A stretch of 61,554 nucleotides of DNA, the filler included, from Gonapodya sp. JEL0774 (taxonomy: Eukaryota): assembly GCA_027604505.1 (NCBI GenBank). It is 6 parts of 6 records of this genome, joined end to end, with 100 filler letters (N's around TTAATTAATTAA, not from the genome) between each part and the next. Parts side by side here need not be neighbours in the genome. Positions count along the whole stretch, not along the records: positions 1 to 10,222 come from JADIIX010000385.1; 5 more parts are not named here. One strand, 5' to 3'. Shown piece after piece: positions 1 through 10,322 of the stretch (position 1 is its first letter; every line of letters starts with the position of its first letter). Under the pieces are notes generated by a model. That model was given only the letters and a program-made list of their open reading frames with translations. It was not told where the DNA came from and made no database searches. The position numbers and the translations under genes were made by a program.

Positions 1-1777
1 ATTCTCATCTGGGGTGTGGCAAAGCATCCGAAGCAGGGACCACCCCATATGGGGTGCCCCAGAATTCTGTTATCCGACACCAGAGGGTCGTATTCCCACA
101 CTTGATGATCTCTGTTGTCTCTCCGTTTCTCTTATAAGTTACTACGTCAATCTCTGGCCTTCATCTACACTCGCCCGATTTCATTGCAATCATATTTCCC
201 CCGCCCGCCGCTCAGGAATCCTCTCTTCCTCATTGTCGTTGACCCAGAAGTCACCAGTCGCATTCTTTGCCGCATCCGTACTTGTTCGAAAACAGGACTA
301 ATTCGCCGGCTTGCCTTTCATACTACTGTAATCACTGGACCAAACACGAGTGCAGCCTCCTCCATCCTACATCATCCCAAGTCTACTTCCATTCTTGAAT
401 AATTTACCAACCCACCATTCGACCTTATAATCACCTAATCACCAGCTGATTCTCAATCAATTCATCCATCAAGCTCGGTCCGCATTGTCGTCCACGATAT
501 CCTTGATTGATTTAAGGTCACGATCCAGCTTGTTCGAAGCTATTTCATCCTGCTTCAACCAATCCTTATCCTCCGACATCTTTTTGCTTCCTCACCGTAA
601 ACACCGGACATCGCTGTTGTATTGTTTACACCTGAATTCACTCAACAATGGAGCGAGGAACCTTGGTGTGTTTATGACCATGGTGAGTTCTCAGGAAGGG
701 TCTGCTGCGATAAGGGAAGGCACCGCTGGCAAAAAATCTTTCAATCACTGTCCTCGGTACTGACACAAGTGTTTTGTGTCTCGTGTTGAGGGATTGTCAC
801 TTGCGCGCGTCAATCACATTTTGCAACGATACAAACTTGGTGGCTAGTTGAATCTCGCAACTCTCCCAGTACTCTGTTCCGCAATTTGTTTCCGCCAACC
901 TCACCAACCCCATGCGATCCCTCCTTTGATTTAGTTTGGCGGAACGCGCTCCCACTCCAAATCGCACCCACTGAGGCCAGCAGTCTGTTTTGAGATACTG
1001 CTAACGATTCTACAAAAAGAGGCAGCGGAAGGATTCTGTTGGCAGGACACGGCTTGCAACAAACGGCGGGGAAGGGTGAGGAAGAACGGAGGACTCTATT
1101 GTGTGGAGCGTTTGTATTTGAGTGAGGTATGATAACGATTTGCCATGTTGAAACAATCGGATACGAATAGGCTGCTTGATTTCCTTTCATACCTCTCCCA
1201 CGTTGGTCTTCTCTCCCTCCGGCCTCTACAAACCATCAAAACGAAAGGGTGTACCTGTCAACGAGTATAAGTCTGCGGCCTGCGCGCACTTATCTTATCG
1301 TTCAACCCATCTATCGCCTGACATCTTGGGAGTCGTCAACATTGTGGTGACAATCCCGCGAGTGTGTTCGCGAAGGTGAGAATTCAGATTGCGTTGGGTG
1401 GTAATGAGACAACGAAGCGGCATCCAGGATGGCAACGCTGGTAGAGAAAGAGGCGTGTGCAAGGCTTGAATGCGACTGGGTAGTGGAAATACACATAAAC
1501 TAACGTAGTGTTATTCGCCTTGAGTACAGTGCAGAGTTGATGCAGACTTTAAAGTTAGATCCAATATCGGTGCTCAGATTCACAAAAATCAACGCTGTGT
1601 ATCAGAAAGTGAATCAGCAATCATTGGAACATTTTTTCACTGCGCTCAGCCCTCTCCTGAATTTTGCAGCTCTCAGCCGGAGACCTGTAGCTCGTGTCCC
1701 AGATCACACTATTTTAACTGTTTGTCGATACATTTATAGACTACTTTTCACTGAATCATATTTGTTCTTACGCATAA

Positions 1778-3332
1778 CTAAACGTCATTCAGTTTGATGC
1801 GACGCACTCCAGCGGGTGCATTCATCAAACCGATGGCGACGTTCGTCCAAATGGCGCGGAACTCGCTGACCCTGTCTAGTATCCCCGCGTCTTTAATTTT
1901 GTTCCATCTCCCAGTTCGAGCTTTGAACCGAACCAGCCGCTCCTGTGTGAGAAGTCCCACTGGCAGTGACTCTCTTTTCGAGATGGGAGCCAGTTGAAGA
2001 TACTCCTTGATGACCGCCGCAGTGCCGAGTGGTGGCGTGTGGGAAGGCAGTGGTCTAGCAAGAACACTCTCGTAAAACTCTCTGCTTCCATGCCAGTTGT
2101 GCGGTAGTGAGGTTGTCATCTGGCGAAGAGCTTCCTCGACTGCCAAGAGATAGCGTGTAGTATTGTAGGTCGCCTCATCATTCTGACGATGCATGAACCG
2201 AGAGATCAGGCCACCGAAAAAGACAGGTTTGATGGGTTTCATGAACAGATGAAGGTTCTGGGTCTGAGTAAAAAGATCGTGAATGCCGATTTCTTGCTGA
2301 TCGTTACTATTTATTCGTTATACTGGTGAGTTCCACTCTTTGATAAATCTAGTTGCACTGTTTCTTAGCTCAGGAAGTCGAGAACGAGTCAGTATGATCG
2401 TCACCCACCGCTCAAGTTCTCTAACCGCATGAAATGAGAAAAACGCTGGCACACAAGGAACCAGGAAATAGTTGTTGTTGGCTAACGCAATCCGATTCAT
2501 GATGCCAAGTGCTGGACTCAAATCCACGAGCACAAATCTCGCGCGGTGGGCATGGGCAGCCAGCTGAGCAAGGTGGAAAATGGCGCCAAACTTATTGCCA
2601 ATATCTCCTTGCACCATGCGCAGAATGGTGGCACTGACAAGAGTTTCTTCAAACTTATAAATACGAGAGTCGCCTCAAAGGAGGTATAGATGCCCCAGTT
2701 CAATGTTGGGCCGTTTGGGTATCAAGGGAGTCTGAAGAGAAACGATCGGTGAAAATTTGTGTTTCTTGGCACCCCGTCACTTTCACAGCTTACCTTGAGC
2801 TCAATAAGACTTGGGGCTCTCATGTGATCCTTGCTCAAACCATCCAAAGATGTATAAATAGTGTCATTTGACCCCATCGAGTCAAAAAACGCATCAAAGT
2901 CACCCCTTTGTTCCTCATTTGGCACTGTATTGATCATCCTCGCCAAACATAGCCTTGTAAGACTCATTTGCGCGTCCAGGTCTATCATTATAGCACTTTG
3001 GCCTGTTCCCATCACACTGCATGTACCGCAGACGTCTTCCCAACACCACCTTTATTGTTGAAGAATGAGACAAGCTTGAAGTCCAAGTCAAGGGAGGGTC
3101 TCTTTTCGACGACTTCTTGGGGATTTCTGGTCGATGGTCGTATGGGAGAACCCTATGGGTTTGGTTCCTTAAGCACAGGTTCAAACGCCGCATCAACCTT
3201 CAGATACTCCAGAACAGGGCCATTGATGCTTATGTCGTCGTCCATTGCGAGATCTTCGTCCTCAGTGGTGATCTCTCCATCTTCATGATCGTTGTCTGCC
3301 ATATCCACATCTGGTTTGATTTCTGCCACCAT
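1778..3332 (-). pseudogene. ParA/Soj-family (AAA_31/CbiA-like) P-loop ATPase pseudogene, intron-containing
   Basis: Manual translation: FKLVSFFNNKGGVGKTS (deviant Walker A, ~3080-3030), IMIDLDAQMSLT, LYLL*GDSRIYKFEE, FVLVDLSPALGIMNRIAL...YFLVPCVPAFFSFHAV, PVFFGGLISRF. In-frame GT-AG intron 2793-2732. In-frame stops TAG 3155-3153, TGA 2677-2675, TAA 2320-2318, plus a frameshift near 3012. Confidence 0.85.
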
Positions 3333-3760
3333 ATTGACACAACGTACACTTGTATGTCTCTGATGTAAACCGATGCTTTGATCTTCCAAACTGCAAAATT
3401 TTGGGAGTTCGCTGCTCTGCTTGTATAATATTTTGTGGCGTCTGCGACTGAGGGAGGGATTGGGAGACTGAATGAAAAAGAGATGATGGGCGACGGCTCA
3501 CATCTCGATGAGTTTCAATGCCCTTTCACCAACCCAAGTGCTGTTTTCCGTTTCCCCTCTCCCTCTCGTCATGAAGCTGTCACGTATGGGGTAGTCTTCA
3601 GGTACACAAGCACCAAAATTGGATTGGTGTTCACTGATGCGAAATGGAAAAATGGAACCCGACTCGTTCCGTGATTCCGCGCCATTCACACGTTCGCACG
3701 ATTTGCAAACGACGCATCACACTCAACATATCACCTCGCCCAACCCCTTTTCACTCACCA

Positions 3761-4704
3761 ATGTCCGACACCCACCACATTCCCGCTGTCGTGCCCCACT
3801 GCTCCAGTCTCGTCCTCCAAGTCACCAGGTCCCAGCCGGTCTCTTCCGGCCCCGTGGATGAACCTGATGCCAGCGCGCCGGTCTCGACAGGCCCCGCCCA
3901 AGAGCACCGCACCTTTGTGGTTTGCGCCTCGCAAGTGGCATCGTGCTCAGGGGTCTTTAAGAACATGATTGGGGACGTGATCGCAACGGGGACGGCGACA
4001 GGCAGTGGGGAGACGCCTGTGAGTATTCAATGGCCGCTCAGTGTGTGCTCAAGATGGCGTCACCCTCGACTATTCATAAACCACACGCCACAAACCCTCT
4101 TCTGTCCCAGCTGGTTCCCCTCCCCGAACCCGAATCCACCGTGGCTCCGTTCCTCCACTGGCTCTTCCGCACCAGTCTCGATCCTGTGATCACCCCGGCC
4201 ACGGTCTTGCCGCTCCTCGAGTTTGCCGACAAGTACGACGTGCCCCATCTCACGAGGGACGTTCTCAAGTACTTGATGGAGACGAAACCGGTGCCAGTGC
4301 CGGAGTTGGAGGTGTTTGTGGTGGCGGTTCGGCTCGGAATCAAGGAGCTGGAAGAGATGGTGTGGGTGGGAGCGTCCAAGGTATTACTGGCGGCTGAAGG
4401 GGACAAGAAGTTGATGGAGCTCATTGGCAGATTGGGCCCTGAAGCGGTGACACAGGTGTTGCAGAGAAGACGAGTGGAAGAGCACAGGATATTCCGTTTC
4501 CTGATCACTTCTTCAAACACAACGGGCTATATGCGCAAGCAGTGTGAGCAACGAGGTTACGAGAACTCTTCCACCTCAAGGAGATGTGATATTTGCGCAA
4601 AAAACAAATCCTTCACTCGGACGGAGTGGGCAGAGCACGTCAACAGCTGTGTGAAGCCAAAGTGCGCAGAATTCGGGATCGATGCGGAGTTTTGGTCCTG
4701 TTAA
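3761..4704 (+). CDS. BTB/POZ domain protein (2 exons: 3761-4018, 4111-4704)
   Basis: FVVCASQVASCSGVFKNM...LPEPESTVAPFLHWLF...VLPLLEFADKYDVPHL matches the fungal BTB pattern. Phase-0 GTGAGT...CAG intron 4019-4110 joins the two ORFs in frame. Confidence 0.85.
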
Positions 4705-4886
4705 TTCAGTCTTGGTTCCATGACAATACAAGTTTCCCCAACCACCATGAAACGTCTAGTACTAACATGATGCACGCACATGACGTTCCAAAACCCCGAC
4801 ACTCGACGATGGACCCACGTCTCCACTTGGCCCGGCCAGGACCCTAGACATAAAAGTTCGCAACGAACATGGGAGATCGGAGCACG

Positions 4887-7300
4887 CTATCTATCTACGT
4901 GCACATCGGAAGAAGGTCTTCCGTCGCTGGTTGAGGAGCGGACGCCGCACCGGCGGGATTGAAGGTGTGCAATCCAACTTCGTATGTATGTAGTCATCAG
5001 TCCCCACCTTGACTCAACGGTGCCAGGCAGGGACCACGCAAACCTGACAACCTCTTGCGGCAGCCGCTCCGCCCACCAGGGCACCGGAGTAGAGGGGTCG
5101 AACACACAAACAAAAAAAAAAAAAAAGGTCTGTTTGAGCGGCCCCTCTGCACACTTTTACGGCTTCACAGCAAAATCCAAGGAGGCATGCAGTGACGGAT
5201 GTGCGCAGTGTGAGCGTGACGGATCACGGCGCGTGGTGGTCCGCGCATGCGGACTGGAGTGGGAAGTGACCGGTGTGGGGCGTGGGGCATGGGCAGGGGA
5301 AACGAACGAGCAAACAAACGAACAAAAGAACGAAGAAATAACAAAGGGGAGGGGGGAGGGGAAAGGACGCACGTGATGACGCGACACCGAGCCGGCATCC
5401 GGCAGCCTGAAGAGGCAGTGCAGCACAGCACCGAACGTTTCGATTCTCACTTCCAACTTATTTTCCACTTTCCAGTGCATTTGTGCGATAGAAACCACGA
5501 CGGATCTCAGAACCTCGGATCTTGTGCTTTCGTGTACCACGACCCTTCCTTGGTAAAGCTTGGAACGCGTGCGGCACTGCGTTGCCCGACCTTCCACGGT
5601 CCACGGGCAAAGACAGAGGACGGAGGGATGGAGCACAAGTGGCCGCCCGCCCGCGGGGGTTAAGGCGGCTAACCACACGCACAGTGGTGGAGAGAATGAT
5701 TGCGTGAGGTTGTACTCAAAAAAAAAACAATTACCACAGGTGCACATGGAACCAAAACAAATCACAGACAACGAAAGAAAAAGAACAACAGCAGCAACAA
5801 CAACAACAAAAAAAATCAATTGGAAAATCGAAAATCGATGTACAAAGTCCCCTCCTCCCCCCCCCCCCCCCCCCTTCCCCTCCCCCCGCCCTCCCCTTCC
5901 CAACCACAACTCCACGCACCTCTGCCAACCGAGTCCACCAAGTCCACCGAGTCCACCAAGCCGGCAGCCACCTGATCACAACTAAACTTACAACTTTCCA
6001 CTTCAGTACTTCACCCACGGCCATTTGTTGGTCCCAGAGTCCCAGAGTCCCTCTGGACCCCCTATCTGGACCACACGACCACCCACCCTTCCCCCCCCCG
6101 TTTCTGGTGCCCTCCGCCTGCCTCCACCCTCCACCGTTGCCCATTTCCCCCCTTGCCCACGCCCCGACTGAGCCTCAAGGTTTCACGGTCCAAGCGAACT
6201 CCTGCCACCCACACTACGACACGAAATGCCCCTCGTGGCTCGCACATGACTCGGGAGGGACTTTGAGGTGGGAGACGGAGCTTGCCGGGTTGGGGGAGGG
6301 GGGGGTTGTTTGGGCGGGTAGGGCGAGGGGGAGTGGGGAATGGGGAGTGAGGGGTGAGGTGTTGGCGAGAGGTGACAGGTGACAGATGAGCGAATGTACC
6401 TCACCCACTGCGGGCCGTCCCGCACGGCACTCATGAACCGCACTCGTGACCACGACCCGGGACAGGGACAAAAGTCGCAAAGGTATCCAATGCCTCCGGC
6501 GGATGTGAGTTTGTCCATATGGACCGCTGAAATCATTCGCCTCCGGCAGACTGTGCCCGTCGGTGACGCTTGGGAGAGATTGGTCCATATGGGCCTTATG
6601 GACCGCTGAAATCATTCGCCTCCGGTGGACTGTGCCCCTCACTGACGCTTGGGCGAGGCGCTCGCTGACGCTCGCGCTGGCCCCCCGCAACCCCTCCAAA
6701 GTCCACAAACGCCCCCCCCCAACCACCGGTGTGCTCACCTCCCGTTCCCCGCGATCATGACTTCTGCCCACAACATGTAGGACGACTTTGCGGCCGAGGA
6801 AGGGAAGGAGGAGAGGGGGGAGTGGTCGGGGTGTGGGGGGAGCTTAGGGGAGTGGAGGGGGGGAATGGGGAAAGGAGGGGGGGGGGGGGGAAGTGAGGGN
6901 NNNNNNNNNGGCCTCGGTGGGGGGTGCGGGGGGGGGGGGGGGCGGCTTCCGGGGGGGGGGGGGGGGGGGCCGGGGCCGGGGGGGGGGGGGGGGGGGGAAG
7001 TGAGGGGGTAATGCGGTGGCATCCCTTCACCCCCCAACTACCTCTTCATACGTTCACACCACGCTCCGACCCCCCTCCCCCCGCCCCCTCCCCCAAGTGG
7101 GAAGTGAGGGGGTAATGGCGGTGGTATCCCTTCACCCCCCTTAGCTAGATTCCCATACGCACCTCGTCGAAGCCGTGGAGGACGAAAGCGTCGTGAGGGT
7201 CAGAGTGGAAGTCGATGGCCTCGCCCGCGGCCAACGCGTCTATGCGAGAGAGGGAGGATGCGAGGTCGAGGGATGCGCGGGCAGAGAGGAGGGCTGAGTT
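4887..7300 (-). CDS. probable multi-exon hypothetical gene, structure unresolved
   Basis: Exon-like segments between poly-G/C introns (NSALLSARASLDLASSLSRIDALAAGEAIDFHSD, KSSYMLWAEVMIAGNG, KLYQGRVVVHESTRSEVLRSVVVSIAQMHWKVENKLEVRIETFGAVLHCLFRL) with some GTGAG donors. No family recognised, and there is an N gap at 6900-6909. Confidence 0.3.
6518..6679 (+). repeat. short dispersed repeat, two tandem ~80-bp units (MITE-like)
   Basis: ATGGACCGCTGAAATCATTCGCCTCCGG(C/T)(A/G)GACTGTGCCC...TGACGCTTGGG occurs twice here. Reverse-complement copies lie at 8278-8366 and 8853-9012. Confidence 0.85.
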
Positions 7301-7879
7301 TGGGAGGGAGTAGGAGTGGAGGGAGGAGAAGGGAAGGGAGATGGGGGAGGGGAAAGGGGAGGGATGGAGGCAGAGGGAGAGAGGAAGGAGAGACGGGGAA
7401 GAGCGAAAGAAGAGGGAGCGTGGGATGGATGACATGGCCTGTGTGTTGGGATGGGGATGGGGATGGTGAGAGGGAAGGGGGCCAGGTGAGGGAGGTGTGA
7501 CGTCATGTGTGCGGGAGTGTGTGGGGGCGCCACATCCACATCCCCACCTGGTGCGCAGTCACTGCGGAGTGGATGAGTGCCTGGGAATCGTATGGGTCTG
7601 GAGTGGTGGGGAGCGGAGTGGGGAGTGGGGAGTGGGGAGTAGGGGGTCGAGATGGTCATGCGATGGGGCACAGCCTGAGGCGCAGCCACACCAGTTCCTG
7701 TGACGCAGCCTGTGGTGACTCACCACACCCTGGTGCCTGTTGTCTGTTTGAATTGTCCTTTTTGTCCTCTCCGCCTCCCCCTGCCCGCCCACTTCCCTTC
7801 CCATTTGCATTCACCCGACCCCCGCTGATCCGCGCTGATCCCCCCGATCCCCCGCTTTCTCCAATCCTCCAACCGCGAA

Positions 7880-10104
7880 ATGACCTCAATGACTCTGCCC
7901 TCCTTCTCCATCTCCTCTCTCTCCCGCATCTCTTCCTCCCTCCTGCCTTCCGCCTTCTCCCAACCACTCGCTTTCTCCCTCGGTAATGCCCCCCTTCTTT
8001 CCTCCCTCTCTCCTTCCCATCTCACCCTCTCTCTTCCTCCCTCCCCTCCTATCCCCCCTCTCCTTCCCATCCCTCCCTCCTCCTCCCTCTCCTTCCCATC
8101 CAGCCCCTAACACCGCTCCCAGACTCGCCAGGTCCTATCTCACTCGGAAAGGTACGTCCCTGTCTCTGTCTCTGTCTTTGTGTCCACCGAGGCCGCGCGG
8201 GGTGGTGGTGGTGGTGTCGGCCGAGAAACCTCGCTCCCTGCCGCAAGTGCCCTGGTGGACGTGGACATCGGGCGGCGCAGCGCGAGCGTCAGCGAGCGCC
8301 TCGTCCAAGCGTCAGCGACGGGCACAGTCCGCCGGAGGCGAATGATTTCAGCAGTCCATATGGGCCTTCACGCCGTTCACCCACGTGAACCTACCCCCTT
8401 TCTTCCCCACCCCCCACCTCCGCGCAAACCCACGGGGGGGTGGGCCGCTGTGACTCACGACGGGGCTCGCCGCGTGTCCGTTCTGGTTTCTCCAAACCAC
8501 CTTTCTCATCATCTCCTCATCACCCACCTCCGCGCAAACCAAACCCACCCACAGGCCCCCCCAAAATCGTCACCCCCACCGCCGCCGTCTCCACCATCCC
8601 CTCCCACTCCCGCATCTACGTCCACGGCGTCGCCGCCCACCCCACCGTCCTCACCACCGCACTTTCCCTCCGCACCGACCTCAGGCACGTCGAGCTCTGC
8701 CACTTGCACCTCGAGACTCCGAACCCCTGTGCCAAGGAGGACTTGAGGGACAGCTTCTTCGTCAACAATTTGTTCATCGGAGCCAATATGAGGAGTGCCG
8801 TGGACAAGGGGTATAGTAGTTATGTGCCCATGTTCTTGAGCGAGGTGGGTTCCTCGCCCAAGCGTCAGCGACGGGCACAGTCCGCCGGAGGCGAATGATT
8901 TCAGCGGTCCATATGGGCGGAAGAAGAGGCCCATATGGACCAATCTCGTCCAAGCGTCAGCGACGGGCACAGTCCGCCGGAGGCGATTGACCCTATGAGC
9001 GGTCCATGTGGACTATCGGACCTTCCGGTCATGCGTCAGCGAGGTGGTCCATCGGTAAAGGCAAAGGGGAGGCGGGGAAGATCGCGTGTGTGTCCCACGA
9101 GGACGGGGACTTCACTTTATACCATCGTGTCGTGGCCACCACTCCACACCACTTGGCATTCGACTCACCCTCTTCCCCACTCCCCCGACCCTCCACCCAC
9201 CCACCCCCCCAAAACAACAAAACAAGATCCCCACGGCCATGCGCCAAGGATACCTCCGCCCCGACGTGGCGTTCGTGACCGTGTCGCCGCCCGATAAGCA
9301 CGGGTACGTGAGTCTGGGGACCGAGGTGGGTGCAAGAAGAGGGGTAAAGGGAAATGGGAAGAGGGGATGGGGGCAATCGAGGAGTGACCGTCTCACCTGT
9401 TCCCCATCGCACCCGATCCCAACCGCCCACCCCCCCACCCCCCCACCCCCCACCCGCCCCACCCGCCCCACCCGCCCCGCCCAGGTCACCTGCGCCCTCG
9501 CCGCGTGCGAAACCGCGCCGACCATCATCGCCGTCATCAACCGCCACATGCCTCGCACGCACGGGCAAACCTTCATCCACTACACCGCGTTGGACTACGT
9601 CGTAGAGCACGACGAACCCTTACCGCAAAAGCACGCTGGCAAGACCAGGGACGTGGACCAAAAAATAGGAAAGATCATCGCTGGGTTGGTGCCGGACGGG
9701 GCCACACTGCAGATGGGAATAGGGGGCATACCCGACGCGGTGTTGGGGAGTTTGACGGGCCATAAGGATTTGGGGATTCATACCGGTGGGTAAGAGGGGG
9801 GAGTGGGGGGGTGGGGACGCAGGGACTCATGATGGCGCTCGGTCGGTCCCGTACTTGGGTTTGGTTTCTCATGCGCACCTTTCTCATCTCCTTCCTCACC
9901 CCTCCCGCCCCCACCCCCAGAAATGTTCCAAGAAGGCCTTCTCCCCCTTGTTGAACAAGGCGTTGTGACCAACCTCAAGAAACGTTTCTTACCGGGCCGC
10001 ATCGTGACCACCTTTTTGATGGGGTCGCAAAAGATTTACGATTTCGTAGACGACAACCCAAACGTGAACTTTATGGACGCGGCCATCGCGAATCATCCGG
10101 CTGT
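7880..10104 (+). CDS. acetyl-CoA hydrolase/CoA-transferase family I (4-hydroxybutyrate CoA-transferase-like), 3' truncated by contig end
   Basis: Spliced exons give SRIYVHGVAAHP, FIGANMRSAVDKGYSSYVPMFLSE|IP, PDVAFVTVSPPDKHGYVSLG, INRHMPRTHG, VPDGATLQMGIGGIPDAV, KDLGIHT|EMF, TTFLMGSQKIYDFVDDNP. The Ser/Leu-rich, acid-free N-terminus resembles a mitochondrial presequence. Confidence 0.93.
8278..8366 (-). repeat. copy of the short dispersed repeat in intron 2 of the CoA-transferase gene
   Basis: CAGCGCGAGCGTCAGCGAGCGCCTCGTCCAAGCGTCAGCGACGGGCACAGTCCGCCGGAGGCGAATGATTTCAGCAGTCCATATGGGCC is a near reverse complement of ~6590-6679. Confidence 0.85.
8853..9012 (-). repeat. two units of the short dispersed repeat with internal 13-bp hairpin, intron 3 of the CoA-transferase gene
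   Basis: CCAAGCGTCAGCGACGGGCACAGTCCGCCGGAGGCGA occurs twice. Perfect stem GGTCCATATGGGC (8906-8918) / GCCCATATGGACC (8929-8941). Confidence 0.85.
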
Positions 10105-10322
10105 TAGTGAGTGTGGGGAGGGTTGGGGGGGGGGGGGGGGGGGGGGCTGTGTGGGGGGGAAGGTTTTGGGGGTGGGTGGTTGTTTGGTTGTTTAGTTTTT
10201 TTTTTTTGTTGGGGGGGGAAGTNNNNNNNNNNNNNNNNNNNNNNNNNNNNNNNNNNNNNNNNNNNNTTAATTAATTAANNNNNNNNNNNNNNNNNNNNNN
10301 NNNNNNNNNNNNNNNNNNNNNN

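Noticed and set aside
2318..3155. Alternative genetic code or stop-codon readthrough to explain the in-frame stops
   Set aside because: All three stop types plus a frameshift occur in this one gene, while housekeeping genes such as SAH hydrolase use the standard code.
6890..7140. Direct repeat GGGAAGTGAGGGGG..CCCTTCACCCCCC and long poly-G tracts (possible G-quadruplex)
   Set aside because: Adjacent to an N gap in homopolymer-rich sequence. It may be an assembly artefact, and G/C runs are common in introns on this contig.
5157..8970. Many overlapping Pro/Gly-rich ORFs on both strands
   Set aside because: By-products of GC-rich low-complexity introns and antisense frames.
10223..10322. N-run/TTAATTAATTAA/N-run block recurring every ~10.3 kb (also 20542, 30832, 41096, 51336)
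   Set aside because: Artificial six-frame-stop contig spacer. Genes are cut at these points and contig lengths decrease monotonically, so no linkage across spacers can be inferred.
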